64,000 nt of DNA from Eledone cirrhosa (Eukaryota), in the NCBI GenBank assembly GCA_964016885.1, contig OZ024757.1, positions 17,112,001-17,176,000 on the forward strand, given 5' to 3'. Numbering within the stretch: position 1 is the first letter of the stretch; every line of letters starts with the position of its first letter. Below are positions 32,393 through 44,165 of this stretch, piece by piece. A program made the position numbers and the translations under genes. Under the pieces are notes generated by a model. It had not been told where the DNA came from and made no database searches. It saw only the letters and a list, made by a program, of their open reading frames with translations.

Positions 32393-32580
32393 TATTTCTT
32401 TATTAGCCACAAGGACGCACAAGAAAAGGGGACAATACAAAGACATGCCGAGGACTTTACATACAGTCGTGTAAAAAATATAAAAACAAACAATTACAAC
32501 AATCGAAATCCCCAATAGGGGGGAGGCGCCACAAATGGGTTGTTTAATACCCCGTCGATAGAACCCTCAACTCCAGGAAC
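32393..32580 (-). mobile_element. 3' UTR fragment of the Tx1/L1-like LINE seen at 49514
   Basis: tttctttattagccac, ccccaatagggg and ccctca(a/t)ctccagga are shared with 49514-49710; embedded in (GATA)n. Confidence 0.75.
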
Positions 32581-34409
32581 TAGACAGATAGACAGATAGA
32601 TAGATAGACAGATAGGTAGATAGACAGATAGATAGATAGACAGGGTTGAATATAAAGAATGTTGGAGAGGAATGGAATTCCATAAATGGTAAGAGGAAGA
32701 ACAGAGTGTTAGTCAGAGATAGAGAGAGAGGGGGGGGGGGGAGTGTAAAACAGAAATCCTCTATTAACTGTCGTATCGTCGAATACTCTGTCTTTGGATA
32801 CCCTTTCTCCATATCGAGAGCAATATCATCTGTTAATTCCCCACCTCTAGGGCTTTCCAATATAAAAACAACAACAAAAACCAAGAGCTGTTGTTGTTGT
32901 TTAACCCTAGGCCATCATCGATGAAGGAAAGTTATAATCAAAAGACGTTCTAGCCGTGACCACTCAGAATTTATTCAGACAATGGACCATATTATGGACC
33001 AGTCTGTCCTTCATTTCATTTCTACGACGCTAGAATGTGAAATTTGGCTGCTATTTTTAGCAGGAGGGACGACCATGTACAGCATGTGTGTGTGGACTTC
33101 TGTGTGTGGACTTCTGCGTGTGCTCCAGCCAATTCATACAACGGAATTGCCTACTTAGCGCACTCTTAATATAGTTCTCAGGGAGATTCGGCGTGACACA
33201 ATGTGTGACAAGGCCGACTTCTATGAATTACAAGTACAATTCATTTTTTGCCAGCTGAGTGTACTGGAGCAATAATGAAGAGCCCACAACCCTAACCACA
33301 ACGCTAAGCACCACCTTACCATACATCAGGTATCTCCAAAATATTTACACCCTTGACCTCTTCCTGGCATCCGTGACCCCTAACGAGGCATCCGTGACCC
33401 TTCGTTGACATGTAAAAAAAATAACTGTTTCTACTTTAGGCACAAGGTCAGCAATAACCCAGTGCATTACTGGTACTTTATTTTATCGACCCCGTAAGGA
33501 TGAAAGGCAAAGTCAACCTCGGCGGGATTTGAACTCAGATCGTAAAGGGACGTAACTATGCTGGAAAGCATGGCGTCCGACCCTCTACCGATACTGCCAA
33601 TCCCCCCAAAATAATAAAGCAAATAAATAAATCAGTAAACAGAATATAAAATATATAATCGTTTCTACTTTAGGCACAAGACCAGCAATTTTGGAGGAAA
33701 TTACTGGTATTTTATTTCATCGACCCCATAAGGATGAAAGGCAAAGCTCGGCGGGATTTGAACTCAGAACGTAAAGGGCCGTAACACTATGCTGCAAACC
33801 ATGTCCGGCGCTCTACCGATACTGTCTATCCACCACCCTTCAATTTAGGCCAAAAGCCAGCAATTTGAGGGGAGGGGGAAAATTCGATAACATTGGCCCT
33901 AGTATGTGACTGGTATTTTATCTTATCGATTCCGGAAAGATGAAAGACAAAGTTGACCTTGGCGGCATTTGAACTCAGAATGAGCCATTACAAATAGCGC
34001 AATGGCATCTTATCGGACGCTCTACCGATTGTGCCAATCCACCACCCATTACTAGTAATATCAGTAAAAAGGTATAACAAATACTTTTGTGGTCCTGTCC
34101 GCAAGGCGTCGCCTCATTACCGCCACACCTCAGGCCAAGAGCCCAACCCCCCTTCCACATTCTTCTATGACACTAGAGCCCTTGCCTTTCCCTTACTTTT
34201 CCGGGGTTTTTTTTTACTTTCTTATTTAAGAAATGGGTAATAAAAAAGAAAAAGGAAACAAGAGAAAAAAAGAATAGGGAAATATAGAGAAAAAAGAGAG
34301 AAAGTAAGAAGAAAAAGAAAGGGGAGGGGTTCGCAAGAGCTCTGGTGTCGCAGAAGGGATGAGAGGGGTGACGGGGGAGGGTAATTGGGCTTTGGGCCTA
34401 GGGCGTGAG

Positions 34410-34605
34410 GGCAAAAGGGCTGCGCCCCGTGGACAAAACGGCAAAAGCATTCCCCCGGACGATGGCCAGTGACACCCGTTGCAACAGCCACCCAGCCTTG
34501 CGTAGATCCCTCCTCAGACGGGCCGCCGACGTTCCGATCTTGCGGAGGAGCTCGGCTGTACGGGGGTTCAAGTACGCAAGAGGTCTCGACGGCGACCGGT
34601 GCGTC
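34410..34605 (-). mobile_element. CRE-clade non-LTR retrotransposon, C-terminal endonuclease region
   Basis: Minus-strand PVAVET...LLRKIG...WLLQRVSLAIVRGNAFAVL; related fragments at about 42525-42650 and 52165-52332. Confidence 0.75.
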
Positions 34606-35455
34606 CATTCTTTCTTCTCAATCTAATTTTTTGTTCTTTTTCTATTAAATTGTATTTACATGATATATTTTTACATAGAATAAACTATTTTATTTTATAT
34701 TCAGGATAAAATGGATAAACATGCACAACAGAAATATAAAGCTAGAAATAAATATTTATAATACTGCAAAGCATTCTATCGGACGCTCTACCGATTCTGC
34801 CAATCCTTGGAATATAAAATAAATAATTGATTCTACTTTTGGCACAAAGCCAGCAATTATCTCAGTATATTACTGGTACTTTATTTTATCGTCTCCGAAA
34901 GGATGAAAGGCAAAGTTAATTAACCTCTGCGGGATTTGAACTTAGACCCTAACGGGCCGTAACTCTATGCCACGAAGCATGGTGTCCAACGCTGTACCGA
35001 TTCTGCCAATCACATCAACTATTGTTAGTCGTAATATCAGTAAAAAGTCGTCATTAAATACTGCAAAGCATTCTATCGGACGCTCTACCGATTCTGCCAA
35101 TCCTTGGAATATAAAATAAATAAGTGTTTCTACTTTTGGCACACGGCCAGCAATTAACCAGTACATTACTGGTACTTTATTTTATCGACCCCGTAAGGAT
35201 GAAAGGCAAAGTTAACCTCGGCGAGATTTGAATATAAAATAACTAATAAAAATTAATTTTACATAAATCAGAAAACTGCATCTTATTTTATTGTTGTATT
35301 TGAGGTGTGTGTGTGTGTGTGTGTGTGTGTGCCAGAGAGAGAGAGAGTGTGTGTGTGTATGCCAGAAAGAGTAAGAGAGAGAGAGAGAGAGAGCGTGCGT
35401 GTGTGTGTGTGTACGACAGAGAGAGATAGAGAGAGAAAGATCTGTGTATGTGTAT

Positions 35456-35509
<54 letters not shown>

Positions 35510-35865
35510 GAAAGTGTGTGTGTGTGTGCCAGAGAGAGAGAGAGTGTGTGTGTGTATGCCAGAAAGAGTAAGAGAGAGAGAGAGAGCGTGTGTGTGTGTA
35601 CGGCAGAGAGAGAGAGAGAGAAAGATCTGTGTATGTGTATGTGTATGCCAGAGTGAGAGAGAGGGAAAGCGTGTGTGTGTGTGTGTGTACGACAGAGAGA
35701 GAGTGTGTGTGTGTGTCAGAAAGTGTGTATGAAAGAAAGAGGTGTGTGTGTATGCCAGAAAGCGACTGAGTGTATGTGTGTGTGTGTGTATGCCAGAAAG
35801 AGAGGTGTATATGTATGTGTATGCCAGGACGAGTGTGTGTATGAATATGTCAGAGAGAGAGAGGA

Positions 35866-35932
<67 letters not shown>

Positions 35933-36058
35933 CGAAAGAAAGAGTGTGTATGTGTGTGTGTGTGCCAGAGAGGGAGTGTATATGTATACCAGAAAGAGTG
36001 GGAGAGAGAGTATGTGAGTGTATTTGTGTAAAAGAGAGAGAGGGAAGAAAGTATGTAT

Positions 36059-36114
<56 letters not shown>

Positions 36115-36200
36115 GTAAAAGTAGTGTATGTGTGCATATATATGTGTATGTTTGCGTGTATGAGAAAGAGAGAGCGTGAGAGAGAAAGACTGTGAGTGAG

Positions 36201-36247
<47 letters not shown>

Positions 36248-36544
36248 GAGACTGTGAGTGAGTGAATAAGAAAGAGAGAGAGAGAGAGAGGGGGGGTGAA
36301 AGAGTGTGAGTGATTGAGAGAGTGAATGAAAGAATTTGCAATATAATTGTTTCTACGTTAGGCACAAGGCCAGCAATTACCCAGTGTATTACTGGTACTT
36401 TATTTTATCGACCCCGTAAGGATGAAAGGCAAAGTTAACCTCGGCGGGATTTGAACTCAGAATTTGCAACATAATGACGATTTCTTCATAACAATTTGGT
36501 TGTATTTTCCACTAAAATATAATGTTGGTGCAAATCATATATGG

Positions 36545-36685
36545 TCATCTGCTGGTACAAGAAAGTGCACATGAGGGTTGCAAAGGATGCAAATCTTGAG
36601 GCAACACTGACAAAATGGCTTATTTAGCAACGATCCAGCAGCAATGGCATCCGTGCTGTAGTAAGCCAAAGTGCTACTGTCTTTG
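36545..36685 (+). pseudogene. Decayed pogo/Tigger transposase fragment (CENP-B-type HTH)
   Basis: RK..MRVAKDANLEATLTKWLI*QRS resembles the Tigger/Jerky RKxxxxAxxxxLExALxxWFxQxRS pattern; has a stop and a frameshift. Confidence 0.55.
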
Positions 36686-36984
36686 TTAGAAACTAGTTAG
36701 AAAGATTTGCAACAAGAATTTCGAAGTTTGTGACGAAAGAATAAGACCGCGAATATAAAGGAACGATCGACTTTCGTCAAATCGGACCGAGGGAACAATG
36801 TTTCCGTTGGTCTTTCCAATTGCTAATACTATCTATCGGTCGCAACTCCAGGTAGAAGGAGCAACGTGAAATAAAGTGTCTTGCTCAAGGACATAACGCA
36901 TCACCTGGTCCAGAAATCGAACTCACAACCTTACGATTGCGAATCCAATTCTCTAACCACTCAGCCACACGCCTTCACAATATA

Positions 36985-38015
36985 TGCAGCCGAAATGGAC
37001 TTCCTTCGAAGGGTTTTGGGGGTAACGTTACTCAATAAAATGATCAGGAAGTCACTCCAGGTAGAGCTTACTACTTCTCCAAATTGAGAGATCACATCTC
37101 CGATACTATGGACATGTGGTTAGAATGGGTTTCCTCTGGAGGGCCTTTGGGGTAACGTTATTCAGTAAAGTGTGTAGCTGGGAGATCAGGGAGTCTCTCT
37201 AGGTAGAGCCGCTACTTCTCCAAATTGAGAGATCACAGCTCCGATATTACGGACACGTGGTTAGAATGGGGTTCCTCCGAAAGATCTTTGGAGTAACGTT
37301 ACTGAATAGAGTGTGTAGCTCAGAGATCAGGGAGTCGCTGTAGGTAGAGCCGTTACCTCTCCAAATTGAGAGATCACAGTTCCGATATTACGGACACGTG
37401 GTTAGAATAGGGTTCCTCCGAAAGATCTTTGGAGTAACGTTACTGAATAGAGTGTGTAGCTCAGAGATCAGGGAGTCGCCCCAGGCAGAGCCACTACCTC
37501 TCCAAATTGAGAGATCACAGCTCCGATATTATGGACACGTGGTTAGAATGGGGTTCCTCCGAAAGATCTTTGGAGTAACGTTACTGAATAGAGTGTGTAG
37601 CTCAGAGATCAGGGAGTCGCCCCAGGCAGAGCCACTACCTCTCCAAATTGAGAGATCACAGTTCCGATATTACGGACACGTGGTTAGAATGGGGTTCCTC
37701 CGAAAGATCTTTGGAGTAACGTTACTGAATAGAGTGTGTAGCTCAGAGATCAGGGAGTCGCTCTAGGTAGAGCCACTACCTCTCCAAATTGAGAGATCAC
37801 AGTTCCGATATTACGGACACGTGGTTAGAATGGGGTTCCTCCGAAAGATCTTTGGAGTAACGTTACTGAATAGAGTGTGTAGCTCAGAGATCAGGGAGTC
37901 GCTCTAGGTAGAGCCACTACCTCTCCAAATTGAGAGATCACAGTTCCGATATTACGGACACGTGGTTAGAATGTCTTAGGAAAGAATCCCTGGACAAAAC
38001 CAACTGACAGGAAAC
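36985..38015 (+). mobile_element. RTE fragment amplified as a 141-bp tandem array
   Basis: ttagaat anchors at 37120, 37261, 37402, 37543, 37684, 37825 and 37966; homologous to 29020-29220. Confidence 0.92.
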
Positions 38016-38139
38016 CCGTAACTCTTAGTGGTGTTTTAAGGGCACTGTAGGGACATACGACCTGTCTTGCGCTTTTTAAACCTTGCGGAGTTCATCGCCC
38101 TTCCAAGTCTGAACAGAGACGAATTCTTCCAAGAAAGGG

Positions 38140-38186
<47 letters not shown>

Positions 38187-38425
38187 GGGAAGAATCGACC
38201 CCAGTACTAGACTGGTACATTTTTTAATCAGCACCTTGAAAGGATGATTGGCAAAGTTGACCTCAGTGGGTTTTGAACTTACAGATAGCAGAGAACTGGA
38301 ACGAATATAGCAAAGTATTCTATTCGACATTATAACGAATGTCAATTATCCACCTTCTTGTGTCAGACTATATAAATATAACTATACGGCAGATACGTGT
38401 AGGCGCTTCTGTCTCTAGGGGGTAC

Positions 38426-39075
38426 TTTACCTGACATATTCGACTATTATTCATAGTCATCTGCATTGTGGATGCTCTCCCATCCACCAAAAGCGAAAAA
38501 TATCTTCTTCTTTGCGCACTTATTCGTGAGAGGGTCATGGGGGCAGAGTCCTCAAACACTCCTTCCAGCTGGCCCTGTTTTTACCTGACATATTCAACTA
38601 TTATTCATAGTCATCTGCTTTGTGGATGCTCTCTCATCCACCAAAAGCAAAAATATCTTCTTCTTGCGCACTTATTCGTGAGAGGGTCATGGGGGCAGAG
38701 TCGTCAAACACTTCTTCCAGTTGGCCCTGTTTTTACCTGACATATTCAACTATTATTGATAGTCATCTGCATTGTGGATGCTCTCCCATCCACCAAAAGC
38801 AAAAATATCTTCTTCTTTGCGCACTTATTCTTGAAAGGGTCATGGGGGCAGAGTCGTCAAACACTTCTTCCAGCTGGCCCTGTTTTTACCTGACATATTC
38901 GACTATTATTGATAGTCTTCTGCTTTGTGGATGCTCTCCCATCCACCAAAAGCAAAAATATCTTCTTCTTTGCGCACTTATTCTTGAAAGGGTCGTGGGG
39001 GCCGAGTCCTCAAACGCACCTTCCAGCGGGCCCTGTCAGAAGCAACCGTCTCCAACTGATCCGGCTGGATCCCAA
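38426..39075 (-). repeat. About 153-bp tandem repeat (4 copies) spanning an RTE 3' end plus flank
   Basis: ctgacatattc at 38431, 38585, 38737 and 38890; the last copy continues into RTE sequence matching 56020-56130. Confidence 0.88.
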
Positions 39076-39304
39076 AAGATATTTTCAAATTTCAAATTTC
39101 TCCAATGCTTCGTAAATTAACCTAAAGCTGTTTGCACTTATAGCTTAAACACTGGCGTCTCTAACATGCAGTCCGTATGTGACCCGTATGTAGCCCGAAT
39201 GTGGTCCACAAACTACTAGTCTATGGTCCGCGGCAGAACAAATTTCGTAACTAAATATTATCTTAAAACTTGGTAATTTAGTACAATTTATTGTAATTTC
39301 ATGC

Positions 39305-39490
39305 TAGAAATCACCAGCAAAGCAAAATGGGAGCAGGCGGGACACATTGCCAGAATACTGACAGCAGATGGACCACCTACGTCACTATCTGGACCCCCCC
39401 CCCCAGGTCACACAAGAAACCGAGGCTGCCAGAAGATCACGTGGCAAGACGACCGCAAGAAAATTGAAAAAGTTTGGTCACGTGTGGTCT
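39305..39490 (+). mobile_element. RTE-type LINE C-terminal fragment (second family)
   Basis: KW..AGHIAR and RNRGCQKITWQDD motifs. Confidence 0.65.
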
Positions 39491-39611
39491 GATCTCCACC
39501 CCTGTTTCTCTCTCAGAATTTATCAAAAAAGAAAACGGAAGAGAAAGGAATTTACAAAAAGTAAAAACAGTATTAAGGAAAATTTGTCTATCTATATTTT
39601 GTACTAATTCC

Positions 39612-40135
39612 CGTAGAAGGATGGACTGAAAAGTTCATAAGCTGACTATGAAGGACTGATGTTAGAGCTGTGAAATCTTGCATGTATTAAATTCAACTCT
39701 TCTTATTAGTGTTTCTTTCCAGAGACTATGTTGAAAAATAAACCTCATCTGGCCATTCCATGAGAGTATCTTGGTCAACCTTTGAAGTAGTGATACTAGA
39801 GCTGTGGAATTTAGCATGCATTAATTTCGACTCTTGTTATTAATAACGTGCATTGTTTCTTTCCAGGGACTATGTTGAAAAATAAACTTTATTTGGTCAT
39901 TCCATGAGAGTATCTTGGTCAGCTTATGAACATTTTAGCCTAGTCCTTGAAACGTTCATAAGCTGACTATGAAGGAGTGATGCTAGAGCTGTGAAATTTT
40001 ACATACATTAATTACAACTCTTCTTATTAATAACTGTATTGTTTCTTTCCAGGGACAATGTTGAAAAATAAACCTCATTTGGTCATTCCATGAGAGTATC
40101 TTGGTCAGCCTATGAACTTTTCATCCGATTCGTAT
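39612..40135. mobile_element. Mariner-like MITE with internal tandem duplication
   Basis: Inverted ends tgaaaagttcataagctgac / gtcagcctatgaacttttca; three internal repeats. Confidence 0.65.
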
Positions 40136-40645
40136 CCCACTTACTATCATATGTAATTAGTAGCCTATCAAATGTATTATACATTAACATTATAACTGGT
40201 GGAAATAACGCACACCCTTCCATCACACTTTTGACCTGCTGTGCCTCTCCTTAAGGACATAATGTCCCTTTGAGTCGTCGAGTTTGAGATCCCTGACTTC
40301 ACACATAAAGCTTCTAAAAGACGCTAGTTACTGATCAGATTCGCTTTGGTGTGATCATTGAACGTGGTCTGCCGCTAAACGGTTGATGCGTGGTTCGGTT
40401 CCCACAAGCGTTTCTGTAGACCTTTTTCGTCTCCAGGACTATCTGCGTTGTGGTGACTTCTCCAAAAAAGCAAATATAGTTTCAAATCTATACTATAAAA
40501 GAAGAGCTGTTCTTCCACCTGTCTGTCCGTCACACTTATATGCATATATAATACATATAGCACATACAAACAAACAAAAAAATAACACATATTAAATAAC
40601 CTACTGTATGTACATTTTTATACACCCTTTAAAACAAATAGTGAA

Positions 40646-40800
40646 GGCGCATGGCTTAGTGGTTGGAGAGTTGGATCCACAATCGTGAGGTTGTGAGTTC
40701 GATTCCCGTACCGGGCGTTGTATCCTTGGGCAAGATACTTTATTTCACGTTCTACCTTCTGGCAGGAGTTGCGATCGGTAGATAGTATCAGCAATAGAAA
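40646..40800 (+). mobile_element. tRNA-derived CORE-type SINE (representative copy)
   Basis: A box tggcttagtgg, B box gttcgattcc, CORE-like ccttgggcaagatacttt. Other copies near 29540, 36745, 44820 and 50835 (minus) and 45100, 53990, 57165 and 60934 (plus). Confidence 0.8.
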
Positions 40801-40984
40801 TATATTTCTTTAAAGTTTGGTGGTTCACCTCTGGATAGAACTGGTCATTCCATATAGTTAATCATGATAAAATAGTAAAGAAAAGCACTCGATGTTACGC
40901 AACTCATCCATCTTTTTCTTTGCTTTCTCTCCGCGTAGCCTCTAGGATTGTGTTTACTATTATTCCTTTATTATATAACTATTA

Positions 40985-41056
40985 TGCAATATACATCTGA
41001 TGATATCACCAGGATTCTACGTAAACCTGGCCTCTGAAATGTATATAGTATTTGCA
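40985..41056 (+). ncRNA. Degenerate hammerhead motif (family F)
   Basis: CTGATGA 40997; ccagg/cctgg; GAAA 41036; tgtata TA; offset stem I tgcaatatac/gtatttgca; followed by aataaa. Confidence 0.55.
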
Positions 41057-41107
41057 AAAATAAAACTTGGAAGAAATATCACCAGTCGGGCCTCCTGTCA
41101 TTTTATT

Positions 41108-41162
<55 letters not shown>

Positions 41163-41201
41163 GATATTAATAAATGGAAACTATATTTATAAAACCATAT
41201 T

Positions 41202-41266
41202 TATTTCATTATATATATTTCAAGGATACCAAGTTACATTATGGTATGCCTTCATCAGACAAAATA
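41202..41266 (-). ncRNA. Type I hammerhead ribozyme motif (family B)
   Basis: Minus strand: tattttgt CTGATGA aggcatacca..tggtatcctt GAAA tatata TA atgaaata. Confidence 0.8.
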
Positions 41267-41503
41267 CAATATATAACAGTTTTATAAATAGACATTGACG
41301 TACCCCTTTAAAAATTGACCGTTGTTTTTGGAGGCCATCAGGATAGTGATTTCATCCTTGAAATATATATAATGAAATAAATATGGTTTTATAAATATAG
41401 TTTCCATTTATTAATATCGTATATCTACTCCAAATATATATATGCTTTATATCAGTTATAAAAATATTTGCTTGTTGTATCCCAACAATTTAAATAAAAC
41501 TTT

Positions 41504-41571
<68 letters not shown>

Positions 41572-41599
41572 ATCAAAAGATGGTTAAAGGAGTTCCATG

Positions 41600-41670
41600 T
41601 ATTTTATTATGCGCATTTCAAAAACAAACATCATCATGCAATAATATTTGTGTTTTCATCAGATAAAACA
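41600..41670 (-). ncRNA. Type I hammerhead ribozyme motif (family C)
   Basis: Same motif as 18523-18593 with a few substitutions. Confidence 0.8.
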
Positions 41671-41840
41671 GGAGAACATGATATGAAGGCTAAAAAACAC
41701 TTGTGGATAGTGCAGTTTTCTCCTTTAACCATCTTTTGATCTTATATATTATGTATACTCCAGTCCTACAAACTGTAGAGTGCTTATTATCCGATATCTG
41801 CATTGCTTTATTGTACTACAATAAAACTCACCTCCTACAT

Positions 41841-41872
<32 letters not shown>

Positions 41873-43498
41873 CTATTTATGTAAAACACATTTTAATTAT
41901 ATTATATGATGTTTGCAATAAAGAAAGAAACATTAATAATTAAAATATTGGAAGAATAGGAAAGTCGTTTATATTGACTCCAGTATTTAACTGGTACTAT
42001 ATGTTATCGATCTCGGAAGGAAATGTAGGCAAAGTTGACCTCGGCGGTATTTGAACTGAGAAACTAATGAGCTGCAACTAAATACCGCGGACCTGCGAAC
42101 TCTCCCCATGGTGTGGATGAGAGATGTCTTCTCCAGTGAAAAGGGATATAGCTTTCAGGTGAATTGGCAGTATCGGTAGAGGGTTGGATTATGCTTTCCA
42201 GCATAGTTACGTCCCTTTACGATCTGAGTTCAATTCCCGCCAAGGTTAACTTTGCCTTTCATCCTTACGGGGTCGATAAAATAAAGCACCAGTAATGTAC
42301 TGGGGTAATTGCTGGCCTTGTGCCAAAAATTAGAAACAATTGTGTAAAATCTTCCCCATTTTGCCTCATTTTTCCCCCGTTTTGCGGCACTTTTTTCATG
42401 GTACTCCGCGTTTGGGTTTTTAGAGTTTGGCAGGTCTGATACCGCAAAGCATTTTGTCTGACAATGGGAAGACGGAAGGGAGTGGCAGAATCTACAACCC
42501 CTAACTAGGGGATATATCCCAGCTGCGACCCGCAGACAAAATAGCGAAGGCGTTTCCCCGGAGAACAGCCAGCAACATCCGCTGCATCAACTACTACACC
42601 TCACCGGGTTCCTTCATCAGGCGGGATACACTCCTCCCAGTTTTCCTCATTATATTGTATACGTTATAGTTTTATACCTCATTATATTGTATGTATACAG
42701 TGTTAAACAATGCAAGAATAAGACAAGGTAGAGTAGTGAAATTATCCATCGCTTTACGATCGTTTCAGTGGGCAAAATTCACGATGTGCAGACCAATTGA
42801 TAGCAGTTATGCAGCTCCATACCATTAGCCATGAAAAGGCACATCCATTTTGCTTTTTTATCAGATAGAGAGATAGATGGCGATATAGACAGACAGACAG
42901 ATAGATAGATAGACAGATAGATAGCTATCTAGGTTTGTTTAAATAAATAGACGACGACAATGATGATGTGAAAGGTGATGATGATGATGATGATCGTGAT
43001 GTGATGACGACGATAGTGATGGTGATGATGGTGATGGTGATGATGAATCTTCCGTCGGTTTAAACGATGAGCATTCAGCCGTTCGATCAACTGAACGACT
43101 GACTCTTTAACTGAAACGAGTAAGTGGTTGAGTGTTCAACAGACACGTGTACATTTAACGCAATGGTTCTCAGGGAGATTCAGCAGGCTGAACCTTCGAA
43201 TTACAGGAACAATCCACCCGACGGGCTTCAGTACAGTTTCCGTCTACCCAATGTTATTCACAAGGCTTTGGATTGATCCGAATCTACAGTAAATACTCTA
43301 GCCCGAGATACCACGAAGTGGGATCGAACCCGTGACCTCATGCTTACGAAGCGAACTCCTAAACCCTTCCACTATATATATATATGATTCCAGTTCCTCA
43401 GTGAAATAACAACCCAATCAGGAACTGGGCATATCAGAGTATTGACAATATTATACACCTCAACAACATATGTACTTGTCTATACCACACTAATTCGG

Positions 43499-43553
43499 AC
43501 TGCCTGAAGAGGTCACAGCCAAAGATGGCTGTCACTGAAATATATATAGCAGT
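43499..43553 (+). ncRNA. Type I hammerhead ribozyme motif (family G)
   Basis: actgc CTGAAGA ggtcacagcca aaga tggctgtcact GAAA tatata TA gcagt, then aataaa. Confidence 0.88.
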
Positions 43554-43707
43554 AATAAACGAAGCTAAATTTTAATCATTTGACTTTTATTTAACTTTAT
43601 TTTACACTACTCCGGAGTAACCAAACCAACCTGCGCACTTTGTCGAGTGCTCCAGCCTGCATACTGAGGTGTTGGTATACAACCAACATAAACTGGTCTT
43701 ACCGGTT

Positions 43708-43757
<50 letters not shown>

Positions 43758-43961
43758 TGTGTGTCTGTGTATGCGTGTAAAAAGTAAATAGAAATAACAA
43801 AAGAAACGACACAGTACAATGAAGAAATATATTAGTTCAACGCTTGAAAGAAGAGTCTTAAAGAAGATAGAATGAGAAATAAAAGATGAAATAGAAATAT
43901 AGAGGGTAAGAATATATATATTGATTAATTTCCTTCGAATGAAACTTCTAGTCTTTTAGAA

Positions 43962-44025
<64 letters not shown>

Positions 44026-44115
44026 TCTCTCTCTCTGTGTATCCCGGGTTCAATCGGGGTTAACCACAGTAAGGTACTCAATACATAGCGGAGTATAAAT
44101 ATTTAATATAGAAAT

Positions 44116-44165
44116 GGTTTCTACGGGACTAGAACTGTTTCAATCGAAGGAAATCATCAGGAAGG
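44116..44165 (-). ncRNA. Hammerhead motif (family A), partly decayed stems
   Basis: Minus strand: ccttc CTGATGA ... GAAA cag..ccg TA gaaacc; an inverted partial copy follows. Confidence 0.6.

Noticed and set aside
32740-32870. Protein-like minus-strand stretch GGELTDDIALDMEKGYPKTEYSTIRQLIEDF
   Set aside because: No recognisable family and no convincing splice donor; flanked by repeats.
37398-37766. 122-aa repeat-protein gene
   Set aside because: It is a tandemly duplicated RTE fragment, and neighbouring units contain stops.
42612-42622. CTGATGA on the minus strand as a hammerhead core
   Set aside because: It lies inside CRE-like coding sequence and is not followed by a stem II-GAAA-stem III arrangement.
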